Shown here piece by piece: positions 52,154 to 60,333 of a stretch of DNA of 64,000 bases; the first letter of the stretch is position 1, and each line of letters starts with the position of its first letter. The notes under the pieces were generated by a model. That model made no database searches and was not told where the DNA came from. It saw nothing but the letters and a program-made list of their open reading frames with translations. The translations under genes and the position numbers were made by a program. The stretch is from NCBI GenBank assembly GCA_003152325.1, contig PLZX01000060.1:14534-78533 (forward strand), given 5' to 3'. This DNA comes from Bryobacterales bacterium (lineage in GTDB: Bacteria; Acidobacteriota; Terriglobia; Bryobacterales; Bryobacteraceae).

Positions 52154-53230
52154 ATGACTCGCAAACATTTTATACAAACACTCTCAGCCGCCGCCGCGGC
52201 GACCATGCTTCAGGGCGAAGGCCAGGCGCAAACGGCACGCACCACGGTGAAACGGGGCGTAACGCTATACAGCTACCAGGAAGAATATTACACGCATGCG
52301 ATGAACCTGGAGGATTGCATTGCGGAGGTGGCGTCGATGGGCGCCGAGGGAATCGAGATCATCGGGGAAGAGATGGTTCCGAATTACCCGAACCCTCCGG
52401 AAGCCTGGGTACAACACTTCAAGGCCCTACTGGCAAAGTATCACACCAAGCCCGCTTGCCTCGACACGTTTGTCGACATCACCTGGGGCGGACGGCGGAA
52501 CATGACCAAGCAGGAAGCCGTGGATACGCTGGTTGTCCAAATGAAGCTTGCCAAGCGGCTTGGATTCGATACGTTCCGGCCGGCGTTTGGCGGGCGGACC
52601 ACGAATCCGATGGAGCTGGTCAAGGCGGCGATTCCGCATTTGGAAGAAAACGACGTCCGGCTCGCGCTGGAAATCCACGCGCCTGCGCAACTCGATTCCG
52701 AACAGATCACGGGGTATCTGGATCTGATTTCGACCACGAAAACCAAGCATTTCGGCTTCACGCCGGACATGGGAATTTTCTGTAAGCGGGTTCCGCGCGT
52801 GATGTTCCAGAACTTCGTACGCCACGGCGCCACTGAGAAGGTGGTGGAGTATATCGACTCCGCATTCCAGAACGGAACGCCGAACGATCAGATTGTGGCT
52901 GAGATCGCGAAAATGGGCGCCAATGACAAGGACCGCGAGTGCGCCGCCCACGCCAGCGGCTACGGCCCCGCGAGCAACAATCCCAAGCAGCTCGCCAAGG
53001 TGCTGCCGTACAGCTACAACATCCACGGAAAGTTCTATGAAATGACGGAAGATCTGCACGAATACAGCATTCCGTACGACGACATCGTGCCCGTCCTGAA
53101 GGCCAGCACTTACGATCGCTACATCAACAGCGAATACGAAGGCCAACGCTGGACACAAGACGCCAAGGAAACCGACAGTTGCGAGGAGATCCGCCGCCAG
53201 CACGCCATGCTGCGGGAGCTTTTGGCTTAG
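52154..53230 (+). CDS. a6: Tat-signal xylose isomerase-like TIM-barrel protein; close paralog of a2
   Basis: Start moved to ATG 52154, after GGAGGA (MTRKHFIQTLSAAAAATMLQGEGQAQ). Motifs GVTLYSY, LEIHAP, FTPDMGIF, NIHGKFYEM, NSEYEG. Confidence 0.8.
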   Translation: MTRKHFIQTLSAAAAATMLQGEGQAQTARTTVKRGVTLYSYQEEYYTHAMNLEDCIAEVASMGAEGIEIIGEEMVPNYPNPPEAWVQHFKALLAKYHTKPACLDTFVDITWGGRRNMTKQEAVDTLVVQMKLAKRLGFDTFRPAFGGRTTNPMELVKAAIPHLEENDVRLALEIHAPAQLDSEQITGYLDLISTTKTKHFGFTPDMGIFCKRVPRVMFQNFVRHGATEKVVEYIDSAFQNGTPNDQIVAEIAKMGANDKDRECAAHASGYGPASNNPKQLAKVLPYSYNIHGKFYEMTEDLHEYSIPYDDIVPVLKASTYDRYINSEYEGQRWTQDAKETDSCEEIRRQHAMLRELLA

Positions 53231-53291
53231 GTCTCAGCGCTGAAGCGAACCGGCCTGAAAGAGCTTGCTGAAAAAAGCCAAAGCATAGCTG

Positions 53292-53380
53292 GCCGCCGAT
53301 GAACACAGATGAACGCGGATTGAAAACAATTGCCTTATCGGCGTTCATCAGCGTTCAGTTCATCAGCGTTCATCGGCGGC
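53292..53380. repeat. REP-like palindromic element built from GATGAAC heptamers
   Basis: Perfect 13-bp inverted arms: gccgccgatgaac (53292..53304) and gttcatcggcggc (53368..53380). GATGAAC at 53298 and 53308. GTTCATC at 53343, 53358 and 53368, plus a partial gttcag at 53353. Confidence 0.65.
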
Positions 53381-53469
53381 TCAATTTGCTCTTTCCGGAC
53401 TTCTTCAGCAACCTCCTGAAAGCCGGCCGGAATCTTAACCAAGACTTTTGAGAACCAAGGAGATGAACA

Positions 53470-53871
53470 ATGCTTGAAAAAGAAATGATCCAGGAAAAGG
53501 GATTCAAAAACATTTCCCGAAACGGACAGATCACCGGCTTTCAGGTAGCGGTTCGCACGCTCTACTATCGCGGTATCTGGGCCTCTCTGCTGGAGGGCGC
53601 CGAAGTCACCGTTGACGGGGAAAAGTTTCCCAAGGAACAAGTTACCTGGACCATCGGAACCCGTACTTTCACGGTTGCAGATTTCCCGAATGCGGCCAAT
53701 GTGCGCTGGCCCTTTGAGGAGACTGCCACGCTCACCATTAACAAGCCCGGCGGATTGAAACCGGGCTTCCACGATTTTGAGATCGCGGTGATCTTCCGGG
53801 CCTCCTACATGCCTATCGAGATGCAGCCCTGGATCAACCGGGCGAGTAGAAAACTGGTACTGGTGCAGTGA
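53470..53871 (+). CDS. b7: small partner protein (no signal)
   Basis: 133 aa. MLEKEMIQEKGFKNISRNGQITGFQVAVRTLYYRGIWASLLEGAEVTVDGEKFP...ATLTINKPGGLKPGFHDF...KLVLVQ. AAGGAG RBS. Confidence 0.75.
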   Translation: MLEKEMIQEKGFKNISRNGQITGFQVAVRTLYYRGIWASLLEGAEVTVDGEKFPKEQVTWTIGTRTFTVADFPNAANVRWPFEETATLTINKPGGLKPGFHDFEIAVIFRASYMPIEMQPWINRASRKLVLVQ

Positions 53872-53896
53872 GGCACAGGGCCAAAGGAGATATGAA

Positions 53897-54844
53897 ATGA
53901 CTCGGAAAAGCTTCCTTGAAGTGATGGCCGGCACCGCAGCCGTGGCTGCCATGCCTTTATCCGCCGCACCCGCACAGAAGTCTAAGATCAAGCTCGGTGT
54001 GACTTTGTATAGTTACACGGGCGACTACCAGGTCACGATGTCCCTGGAAGATTGCATCGCCGACGCGGCCGATCTTGGCGCTGAGGGGATTGAGATCCTG
54101 TCGGAGACGCACATCCCCGGTTATCCGAATCCGGACAGCAAGTGGATAGACCAGTGGCACAACTTGATGGCGAAGTACCAGACCAAGCCCACTTGTTATG
54201 ACTGCTGGATCGACTCCCGGCTGCATAAAGACCGCACGCTGACAGTGCAGGAGTCGCTCGACTTTCTTCTGATGGACATGAAGTTGGCCAACCGGCTGGG
54301 GTTCAAAATCATGAGGCCCAAGCTGGGCGTTGTGACGCCGGACCTGATGCCGGATCCGGCGTGGCGTGAGACGATTGAACGGGCACTTCCGATGGCGGAG
54401 AAGCTGAACGTCAAAATCGCGCCGGAGATCCACTCGCCAACCGCCCTGCAATCGAAGATCACCGACACTTACATGGAGTTGATCACCAAGACCAAAACGA
54501 AGTACTTTGGCTTCGTGATCGATTTCAGTGTCTTTCAGGTGCGGCCGCGCCGCGACGTACCACCACGGCCCAGGGCAGCCGGGGAGATCCCTTCAGAACT
54601 CGCGGAAGATCCGAAGCACCTGATCCCGCTGTTGCCTTATACGTTCCACTACCACGCCAAGTTTTTTGAGATGACCGATGAATTTCGCGAGTACAGCATA
54701 CCGTACGAGAAAGTGCTGCCGGTATTGGTGGAAAGCGGATTCGACGGTTACCTGTCGAGCGAATATGAGGGAATCCGAGAACTAGGCCGCGGCGCGGATC
54801 AACTGCGCCGCCAGCACTTAATGCTGCGGCAACTTCTGGCCTAG
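53897..54844 (+). CDS. a7: Tat-signal xylose isomerase-like TIM-barrel protein
   Basis: 315 aa. MTRKSFLEVMAGTAAVAAMPLSAAPA. Motifs GVTLYSY, PEIHSP, FVIDFSVF, HYHAKFFEM, SSEYEG. Confidence 0.8.
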   Translation: MTRKSFLEVMAGTAAVAAMPLSAAPAQKSKIKLGVTLYSYTGDYQVTMSLEDCIADAADLGAEGIEILSETHIPGYPNPDSKWIDQWHNLMAKYQTKPTCYDCWIDSRLHKDRTLTVQESLDFLLMDMKLANRLGFKIMRPKLGVVTPDLMPDPAWRETIERALPMAEKLNVKIAPEIHSPTALQSKITDTYMELITKTKTKYFGFVIDFSVFQVRPRRDVPPRPRAAGEIPSELAEDPKHLIPLLPYTFHYHAKFFEMTDEFREYSIPYEKVLPVLVESGFDGYLSSEYEGIRELGRGADQLRRQHLMLRQLLA

Positions 54845-54860
54845 GCCTGAAATGTTACAC

Positions 54861-54882
54861 GGGGCCGGCTCTTTCCGGCCCC
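54861..54882. terminator. GC-rich hairpin between convergent genes (bidirectional terminator candidate)
   Basis: ggggccgg (54861..54868), loop ctcttt, ccggcccc (54875..54882). Lies 16 nt after the a7 stop and 5 nt after the DoxX stop on the other strand. Confidence 0.55.
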
Positions 54883-54887
54883 GGTTA

Positions 54888-55370
54888 TTACAAGCCGGCG
54901 CGACTCGCGCCGATGGGGTCGGCCGCGGTTTCCGGCACCGCCTTTCGCCGCGAACGGAAGAGGTACCGGTCGAGGCTCCACTCTCCTGCACCAGTGAAGG
55001 AGAACAGCAGAAAAACGAAGCAATTCAGCACAGCGCTCTCTCCGCCATTGAACAGCGGGCACCATCCCAGTTGGCCGTGTGACAGGAAGTATGCCACTGC
55101 CATCTCACCAGACAGAATAAACGCCACGACCGGCGTGAAAAGACCAAGAATCAAGAGTGTGCCACCGCCGATGGCAAACGTTCCGGCGAGGACGTGCAGA
55201 ACGGCTTCGACGCCTGCTGAGACTCCCGGCGGCGGAGTGGCGTGGTGCCGCACTCCGGGCGGTACGATCCATCCCCACAACTGGCAACCGTGCAAGAAGA
55301 GCATCATGCCGAAAACGATGCGCACGATGGAAAGGACGTAAGGGGTGCAGGCAGCGAAGTTACGATGCAC
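54888..55370 (-). CDS. DoxX family membrane protein
   Basis: 160 aa, 4 hydrophobic segments. IVRIVFGMMLFLHG, LGLFTPVVAFILSGEMAVAYF, GGESAVLNCFVFLLFSFTGAGEWSLD. Confidence 0.75.
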   Translation of the reverse strand: MHRNFAACTPYVLSIVRIVFGMMLFLHGCQLWGWIVPPGVRHHATPPPGVSAGVEAVLHVLAGTFAIGGGTLLILGLFTPVVAFILSGEMAVAYFLSHGQLGWCPLFNGGESAVLNCFVFLLFSFTGAGEWSLDRYLFRSRRKAVPETAADPIGASRAGL

Positions 55371-55443
55371 GAAGTACCTCTTTCACTTTTGTGGCCTGGC
55401 ATAAGGAGCATTCCCCGACCACAGTTCGTTTTGCAGGAGCGAT

Positions 55444-57081
55444 TCATTTCGCCGGGCTCACGGAGCCTGTGTATTTCAAGACGCGCATACCGGCGGTCCC
55501 GTCCGTTACATAGAGATAGCCCTTCGGCCCTAGAACGACGTCGTAGGTGTCCGCACCGGCATACGCGCGGTCTTCCGCGGGAAGATCCCGATCAATCCGG
55601 TACTCGTAATATCCGGTTTCCACAGGATGGCGCGGGTCGGAAATGTCCATCACCCGCAACCCCATCCCATACCACGCCATAAAATACAGTCCGCTTCCGA
55701 GAGCATTGCCGAGATGCGAGGAGGCGCTGCGCTTGGGAAAACGCGAAGGGTCGGCCGATTGTTGGGGTTTGTCGGCGCTGCAGTTGGTGTTCTGATCGGT
55801 GGTGAAGTGGGAGAGAAGCTTGGGATTTTTGGGATCGGCTACGTCGTATATGCGGGCATGGCCGTACGGGCACGTGAAATATTCATCACTGACCATGAGC
55901 AGGTTGGTGCCGGGCACCATTTTCCCGGAGTGGGTATTCCCGCATGCCGCATCCTTCCCTCCCGCAGCTTTACGGCAGGCCTCAATATCCGGGTTGGTCG
56001 GGTCTGATCCCGGGACCATATAGTCGGTCCGGGAAAGCAACTTGGGGTGGGCGGGGTCCGCGATATCCAATAGGATGAGGCCAGCCTGGTGGTACGCAAG
56101 GTAGGCAACATTGCCTTCGATGCTCACGTAGTGCAAGGCCACGTATTTCGTCCACCTTCCGTCCGGGTTTTTGAAGACCGGGTAATAGGGTGTCTCCGGC
56201 TGAGTCCAATCGCGAGCCGCGTCTTCTTCCGGGGTCTTCTGGCCCTTGACCCACCATTTGCCGGCCTCTTTCGGGTGCCTTGGGTCGGTGGCATCGAGAA
56301 TGACCAGAATCCTTCCGACGAAGCCCTTGTATTCCGTCCCCAGATAGAGAAACCGGCCCTTGAAGTTGAAGTGATGAGAGCCGCGCGCATCCGCCCATAG
56401 ACCGGTCGCGCGATCGGGCGGTGTCGTGGGCGCTTCCCAGTAGGAGAGGAACTTCGGGGTGGCGGGGTCGGAAATGTCGTAGAATTTGACGCCGTGATAA
56501 CCGGCCTGGCGGTCCGTACCTCCGCGCAATCGCTCCTGGTTGACGGCGAGAATCTTCCCCGGCGCTTCCGCGACGTAGTGCGTGTGCGTGTTCCAGCCGG
56601 GATCCCAGCAGCCGGGAGCCTTCTTGCCCGCCGCGATATCGGGATCGCTCCAATTGACCATGCAAGGGATCTTGACGGGTAGGTTGGGGAACCGGTAATC
56701 CGGCGAGAAGACAATATGGTTCATGGGCGGTGCGGGCGAACGAACCGGATCATACGCGTAAACCGTGGCAAGGCGCCGGGGCTTCTCGGGATTCACCAGG
56801 TCGACGGTCATGAAGCAGCGGTTGGCCGCCGGATCGCCAGGAGCAAGCGGCGAGGGATCGTAACAGCCGGAATAGAGATACCTTCCATCGGTGTTGGGCC
56901 AAGGCGCCAGTTTGGAATAGGCGATCAGATCCGGTTTGCCGTCTGCCAGGGTCGCGACGCCGACCCGTTCGATGTTCCACGCGCGCTCCTGGGGTCCGGC
57001 CTGAGCGTGGCACGCGGGGATCAGGCTTCCGAACAACGCGCAAGCGACCATGACTGGCTCCACAAACTTCAATCTGCTCAT
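55444..57081 (-). CDS. secreted LVIVD-repeat beta-propeller protein
   Basis: Signal MSRLKFVEPVMVACALFGSLIPACHAQA. Six repeats of the xxxxD(I/V)xDPxxPK type: MTVDLVNPEKPRRL, VKFYDISDPATPKFL, LVILDATDPRHPKEA, LILLDIADPAHPKLL, ARIYDVADPKNPKLL, LRVMDISDPRHPVET. Confidence 0.7.
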   Translation of the reverse strand: MSRLKFVEPVMVACALFGSLIPACHAQAGPQERAWNIERVGVATLADGKPDLIAYSKLAPWPNTDGRYLYSGCYDPSPLAPGDPAANRCFMTVDLVNPEKPRRLATVYAYDPVRSPAPPMNHIVFSPDYRFPNLPVKIPCMVNWSDPDIAAGKKAPGCWDPGWNTHTHYVAEAPGKILAVNQERLRGGTDRQAGYHGVKFYDISDPATPKFLSYWEAPTTPPDRATGLWADARGSHHFNFKGRFLYLGTEYKGFVGRILVILDATDPRHPKEAGKWWVKGQKTPEEDAARDWTQPETPYYPVFKNPDGRWTKYVALHYVSIEGNVAYLAYHQAGLILLDIADPAHPKLLSRTDYMVPGSDPTNPDIEACRKAAGGKDAACGNTHSGKMVPGTNLLMVSDEYFTCPYGHARIYDVADPKNPKLLSHFTTDQNTNCSADKPQQSADPSRFPKRSASSHLGNALGSGLYFMAWYGMGLRVMDISDPRHPVETGYYEYRIDRDLPAEDRAYAGADTYDVVLGPKGYLYVTDGTAGMRVLKYTGSVSPAK

Positions 57082-57142
57082 GTTGAATCTCCTTATGACC
57101 GCCGGGGCGGTACTGATTCTTGAGCGAACGACGACGCTGGCC

Positions 57143-58240
57143 TTACACTTCTCCGAGCAATCTTCTGAGCATCACGTGGTGCCGGCGGATCTGTTCCAAC
57201 TCGTCGTAAGGATCCGTTGAAATATCCTGTTTGTCGCGCTGTCCTTCGTACTCGCTGGCAAGCGATGCGTTAAAGCCGGCCTCTATGAGAACTGGCATGA
57301 CCTCGTTGTAGGGAATGCTGGACTCGTGGCAGTCTTCTGTCATATTCCAGAACTTGGCGTGGCAGTGCCGGATGTATGGCTTCAGCGGAATAAGGGATTT
57401 GGGATCCTGCATCACGATGTTGTAGACCTGATCCACGTAGCGGGTGTCGCCGGGCTTGGGGTTCATTTTGGCGACTTCGTTCCGTGCCTGCTCCCTGGAT
57501 TGGCCGGCTTCGCGTGCATCTTCGATGTAACTGGCAATGTCCCTGGTCAATACGCCTTCGCGAATATTGCGCTCACGGGTTGCCGGGTTGGGCCGTTTCT
57601 GGAAGATGCTGAAGTCCGGGATGATGCCGACGTTTTGCGTCTTATTTCTTTCGATCATCTCCACCCAGAGGGTTATCAGCTTGGAGGCGATCTGGTTGGG
57701 CGCGTGGATTTCAAAGCCCATCCAGACCCCATACTTCTCTGCCAGCGGAATGGCTTTTTCAACCACGTCGATGGGAGTTCCGATTAGCAGGCGCATGTTT
57801 TTGAAGCCTAATCGGTTTGCCAGTTTCAGGTCCCTCTCCATCATGGCGACGCCCTTGTCGATGGGCTGGTCCTGGCCTTTGATCATCACCGTCTCCTGAA
57901 ACTGGGTGTATGTGTCGGCTTCCAGACCATACTTCTGCATCCAGTTCTTGAACTGGGTGACCCAGGCCTCAGGCGGATTCGGAAAATCGACAACCATCTC
58001 TTCCGCCAGCATTTCGATGGAAGAGGCACCTATGGAGCCGGCTTCCCGAAGGCAATCTTCCAAGCTCATCACCCGGGTGTAATATACCTCCTGGTAGCTA
58101 TAGAGCGTGATGCCGCGCCGCAGATTGGACTTTGGTGCGGCGTCCGCGACGGAGGATGCGGCGAGGGCCGCGGTTGCACCGGCGACCGTCTGCAAGAATG
58201 TTTTGCGTGTCATATCCATATGTCTCAGCTCCTTGTTCAT
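57143..58240 (-). CDS. a8: Tat-signal xylose isomerase-like TIM-barrel protein
   Basis: 365 aa. MNKELRHMDMTRKTFLQTVAGATAALAASSVADA. Motifs GITLYSY, FEIHAP, IIPDFSIF, HCHAKFWNM, ASEYEG. The ATG overlaps the b8 stop (ATGA). Confidence 0.8.
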   Translation of the reverse strand: MNKELRHMDMTRKTFLQTVAGATAALAASSVADAAPKSNLRRGITLYSYQEVYYTRVMSLEDCLREAGSIGASSIEMLAEEMVVDFPNPPEAWVTQFKNWMQKYGLEADTYTQFQETVMIKGQDQPIDKGVAMMERDLKLANRLGFKNMRLLIGTPIDVVEKAIPLAEKYGVWMGFEIHAPNQIASKLITLWVEMIERNKTQNVGIIPDFSIFQKRPNPATRERNIREGVLTRDIASYIEDAREAGQSREQARNEVAKMNPKPGDTRYVDQVYNIVMQDPKSLIPLKPYIRHCHAKFWNMTEDCHESSIPYNEVMPVLIEAGFNASLASEYEGQRDKQDISTDPYDELEQIRRHHVMLRRLLGEV

Positions 58241-58734
58241 TGCACCAAAGTCATCTTCTTGGTAGTAAGAGGCAGGATTGCCGGGGGCTCGCCGTAGTGA
58301 GTCACACCGTCCGGACCAACCGGACGCTCCGGCGTGGCATATAGACCTTCCTTGTCGATGCGCGGTCTGTAGGAGTTCCTGATGAAGAGGCCGAGTTGCA
58401 CGGTGTGGCTCCCTGGCTTCAGACCGCCCGGCTTGCTGATGGTGAGTGTAGCGGGATCACCAAAGAACCATCTGACATTGGTCGTTTTCGCCAACTCCGC
58501 GAAGGTGAAAGTGAGACGATTACTGGGAATGTTTGGTCCGTGCTGCGCGACCGAGAAAGTCATTTTGTCGAGCGGAATCTCTTCGCCATCGACAATCAGC
58601 TTCAGCGTGTCCACCTGGGACAGATAAACACCGCGGTAGTAGTCGATACGGATGTTCACTTGAAAGCCGTCAACCTGTCCGGCATGGCTGACGTTTTTGA
58701 AGTCCTGCACCATGATCATGTATTTTTCAAACAT
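58237..58734 (-). CDS. b8: small partner protein (no signal) with internal insert and C-terminal extension
   Basis: 165 aa. MFEKYMIMVQDFKNVSHAGQVDGFQVNIRIDYYRGVYLSQVDTLKLIVDGEEIP...WFFGDPATLTISKPGGLKPGSHTV...KMTLVQ. Confidence 0.75.
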   Translation of the reverse strand: MFEKYMIMVQDFKNVSHAGQVDGFQVNIRIDYYRGVYLSQVDTLKLIVDGEEIPLDKMTFSVAQHGPNIPSNRLTFTFAELAKTTNVRWFFGDPATLTISKPGGLKPGSHTVQLGLFIRNSYRPRIDKEGLYATPERPVGPDGVTHYGEPPAILPLTTKKMTLVQ

Positions 58735-58760
58735 GCGGAGTCTTGTCCTTTTCGATTTGC

Positions 58761-58776
58761 CGATACTATCGTACCG
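58761..58776. promoter_or_regulatory. candidate operator box CGATACTATCGTACCG
   Basis: Lies 27 nt upstream of the b8 ATG. Followed by the palindrome GTATCTTGATAC (58776..58787) and by GATACTCTAATA. A further box, CGATACTGATGTATC, is at 58892..58906. Confidence 0.3.
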
Positions 58777-58999
58777 TATCTTGATACTCTAATAAAGCTC
58801 GATCGGGGGACTAATAGTCGGCGGATTCCCTCGTCCGAACCCGCCCGCAACTACCAAAAACAGGCATTGCATTTGGATATGTACTGTATTACGATACTGA
58901 TGTATCTAAATAATTCCACTAGCCTCATCGACCCTGCCGCGCGCCAACGCGGCGGGGATCCTCGCCGGTCCTGCCGGAACGGAGCAGCTAATCATCCTT

Positions 59000-60331
59000 A
59001 TGAATCCACCGAACGGGATCGACCTGCCACCGCGGGCCGCTGACTTCAGGCGGCTACGCGCCACGCCCGCGCCGGCTTTTCGAACGATTGCGGGCTTCAT
59101 GATTGCCTGCCTGGCGGGGCTCGCCATGTCGGGTTGCACCAAACCCAGAGCAGCGACAGGCGGGGCTGGCCCCGCGGACGTTGAAGTAGTCCAGGTAGCG
59201 CAAAGCGACGTGCCGATCTATGGAGAGTGGGTGGGAACACTGGAGGGGTTGGTAAACGCTGACGTCAAGGCGCAGATCAGCGGCTACTTGATGAAGCAAG
59301 CTTACACCGAAGGGGCATTCGTCCGGCAGGGACAATTGCTATTCGAGATAGACGCGCGGCCATTCCAAGCGGCGGTAGACCAGGTAACCGGACAACTGGC
59401 GCTCGCGAACAGCCAGGTAGCGCAGACCACCGCGCAACTGGCGCAGGCGGAGGCGCAATTGAAGGTGGCCGAAGCGAACCAGCACAGAATCCAGCGTGAT
59501 GTGGAACGGTACACGCCGCTGGTCAAACAGGAAGCCGTCACCCAGCAGGACCTCGACAACGCCAGTGAGAACAACCTGGCCGCAATGGCTCAAGTTCAAA
59601 CGGCCAAGGCTGCGATCGAAATTGCGAAGGCGCAGGTTCAAGCGTCGCACGCCGCAGTCCAATCGGTAAAAGCTGCCATGGAAACCGCGTCGCTCAATCT
59701 TGGTTTCACGCGGCTGATATCGCCGATTGACGGGATCGCGGGAGCCGCGCAACAGCAGGTCGGGAACCTGGTGAGCCCCAACAGTCCCGCGGTGGCAACG
59801 GTCTCGACGCTGGATCCCATTAAAGTGTTCTTTACGGTCAGTGAACGGGAATACCTGGATTACTCAAAGCTCTTCACAGCCAGCGGATCCGGAGCGCCGC
59901 TGGAGCTGGTTCTGGCGAATGGAAAGGTGTACCCGCACCCCGGCAAGTTCTTCTTCACCGACCGCCAAGTGAACTCCACCACGGGCGCTATCCGGCTGGC
60001 CGGCCTTTTCCCGAATCCGGGGAACGTCATGCGGCCTGGCCAGTACGGCCGCGTGCGCGGTGTGACCTCGACCAAAAAAGGGGCGCTATTAATTCCACAG
60101 CGGGCCGTTACGGAACTACAAGGCGTTTACCAGGTGGCGGTAGTGAACGGTGAGAACAAGGTTCAGATCAAGACAGTGAGCCTGGGGGAGCGCGTTGGCG
60201 GCCTGTGGATTGTACAGAGCGGCCTGGCACTCGGCGAACGCGTGGTCTCCGAAGGGCTGCAGAAAGTTCGCCCGGGATCGCAGGTGAATCCGCGGCCGTT
60301 TCATCCACTTGCCGCGACGAAGGATGAGTAG
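59000..60331 (+). CDS. RND efflux periplasmic adaptor (MFP) lipoprotein
   Basis: 443 aa. Lipobox-like LAMSGC. LFEIDARPFQAAVDQ and long coiled-coil Q/A-rich hairpin. Alternative start ATG 59099. Confidence 0.85.
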   Translation: MNPPNGIDLPPRAADFRRLRATPAPAFRTIAGFMIACLAGLAMSGCTKPRAATGGAGPADVEVVQVAQSDVPIYGEWVGTLEGLVNADVKAQISGYLMKQAYTEGAFVRQGQLLFEIDARPFQAAVDQVTGQLALANSQVAQTTAQLAQAEAQLKVAEANQHRIQRDVERYTPLVKQEAVTQQDLDNASENNLAAMAQVQTAKAAIEIAKAQVQASHAAVQSVKAAMETASLNLGFTRLISPIDGIAGAAQQQVGNLVSPNSPAVATVSTLDPIKVFFTVSEREYLDYSKLFTASGSGAPLELVLANGKVYPHPGKFFFTDRQVNSTTGAIRLAGLFPNPGNVMRPGQYGRVRGVTSTKKGALLIPQRAVTELQGVYQVAVVNGENKVQIKTVSLGERVGGLWIVQSGLALGERVVSEGLQKVRPGSQVNPRPFHPLAATKDE

Positions 60332-60333
60332 CC

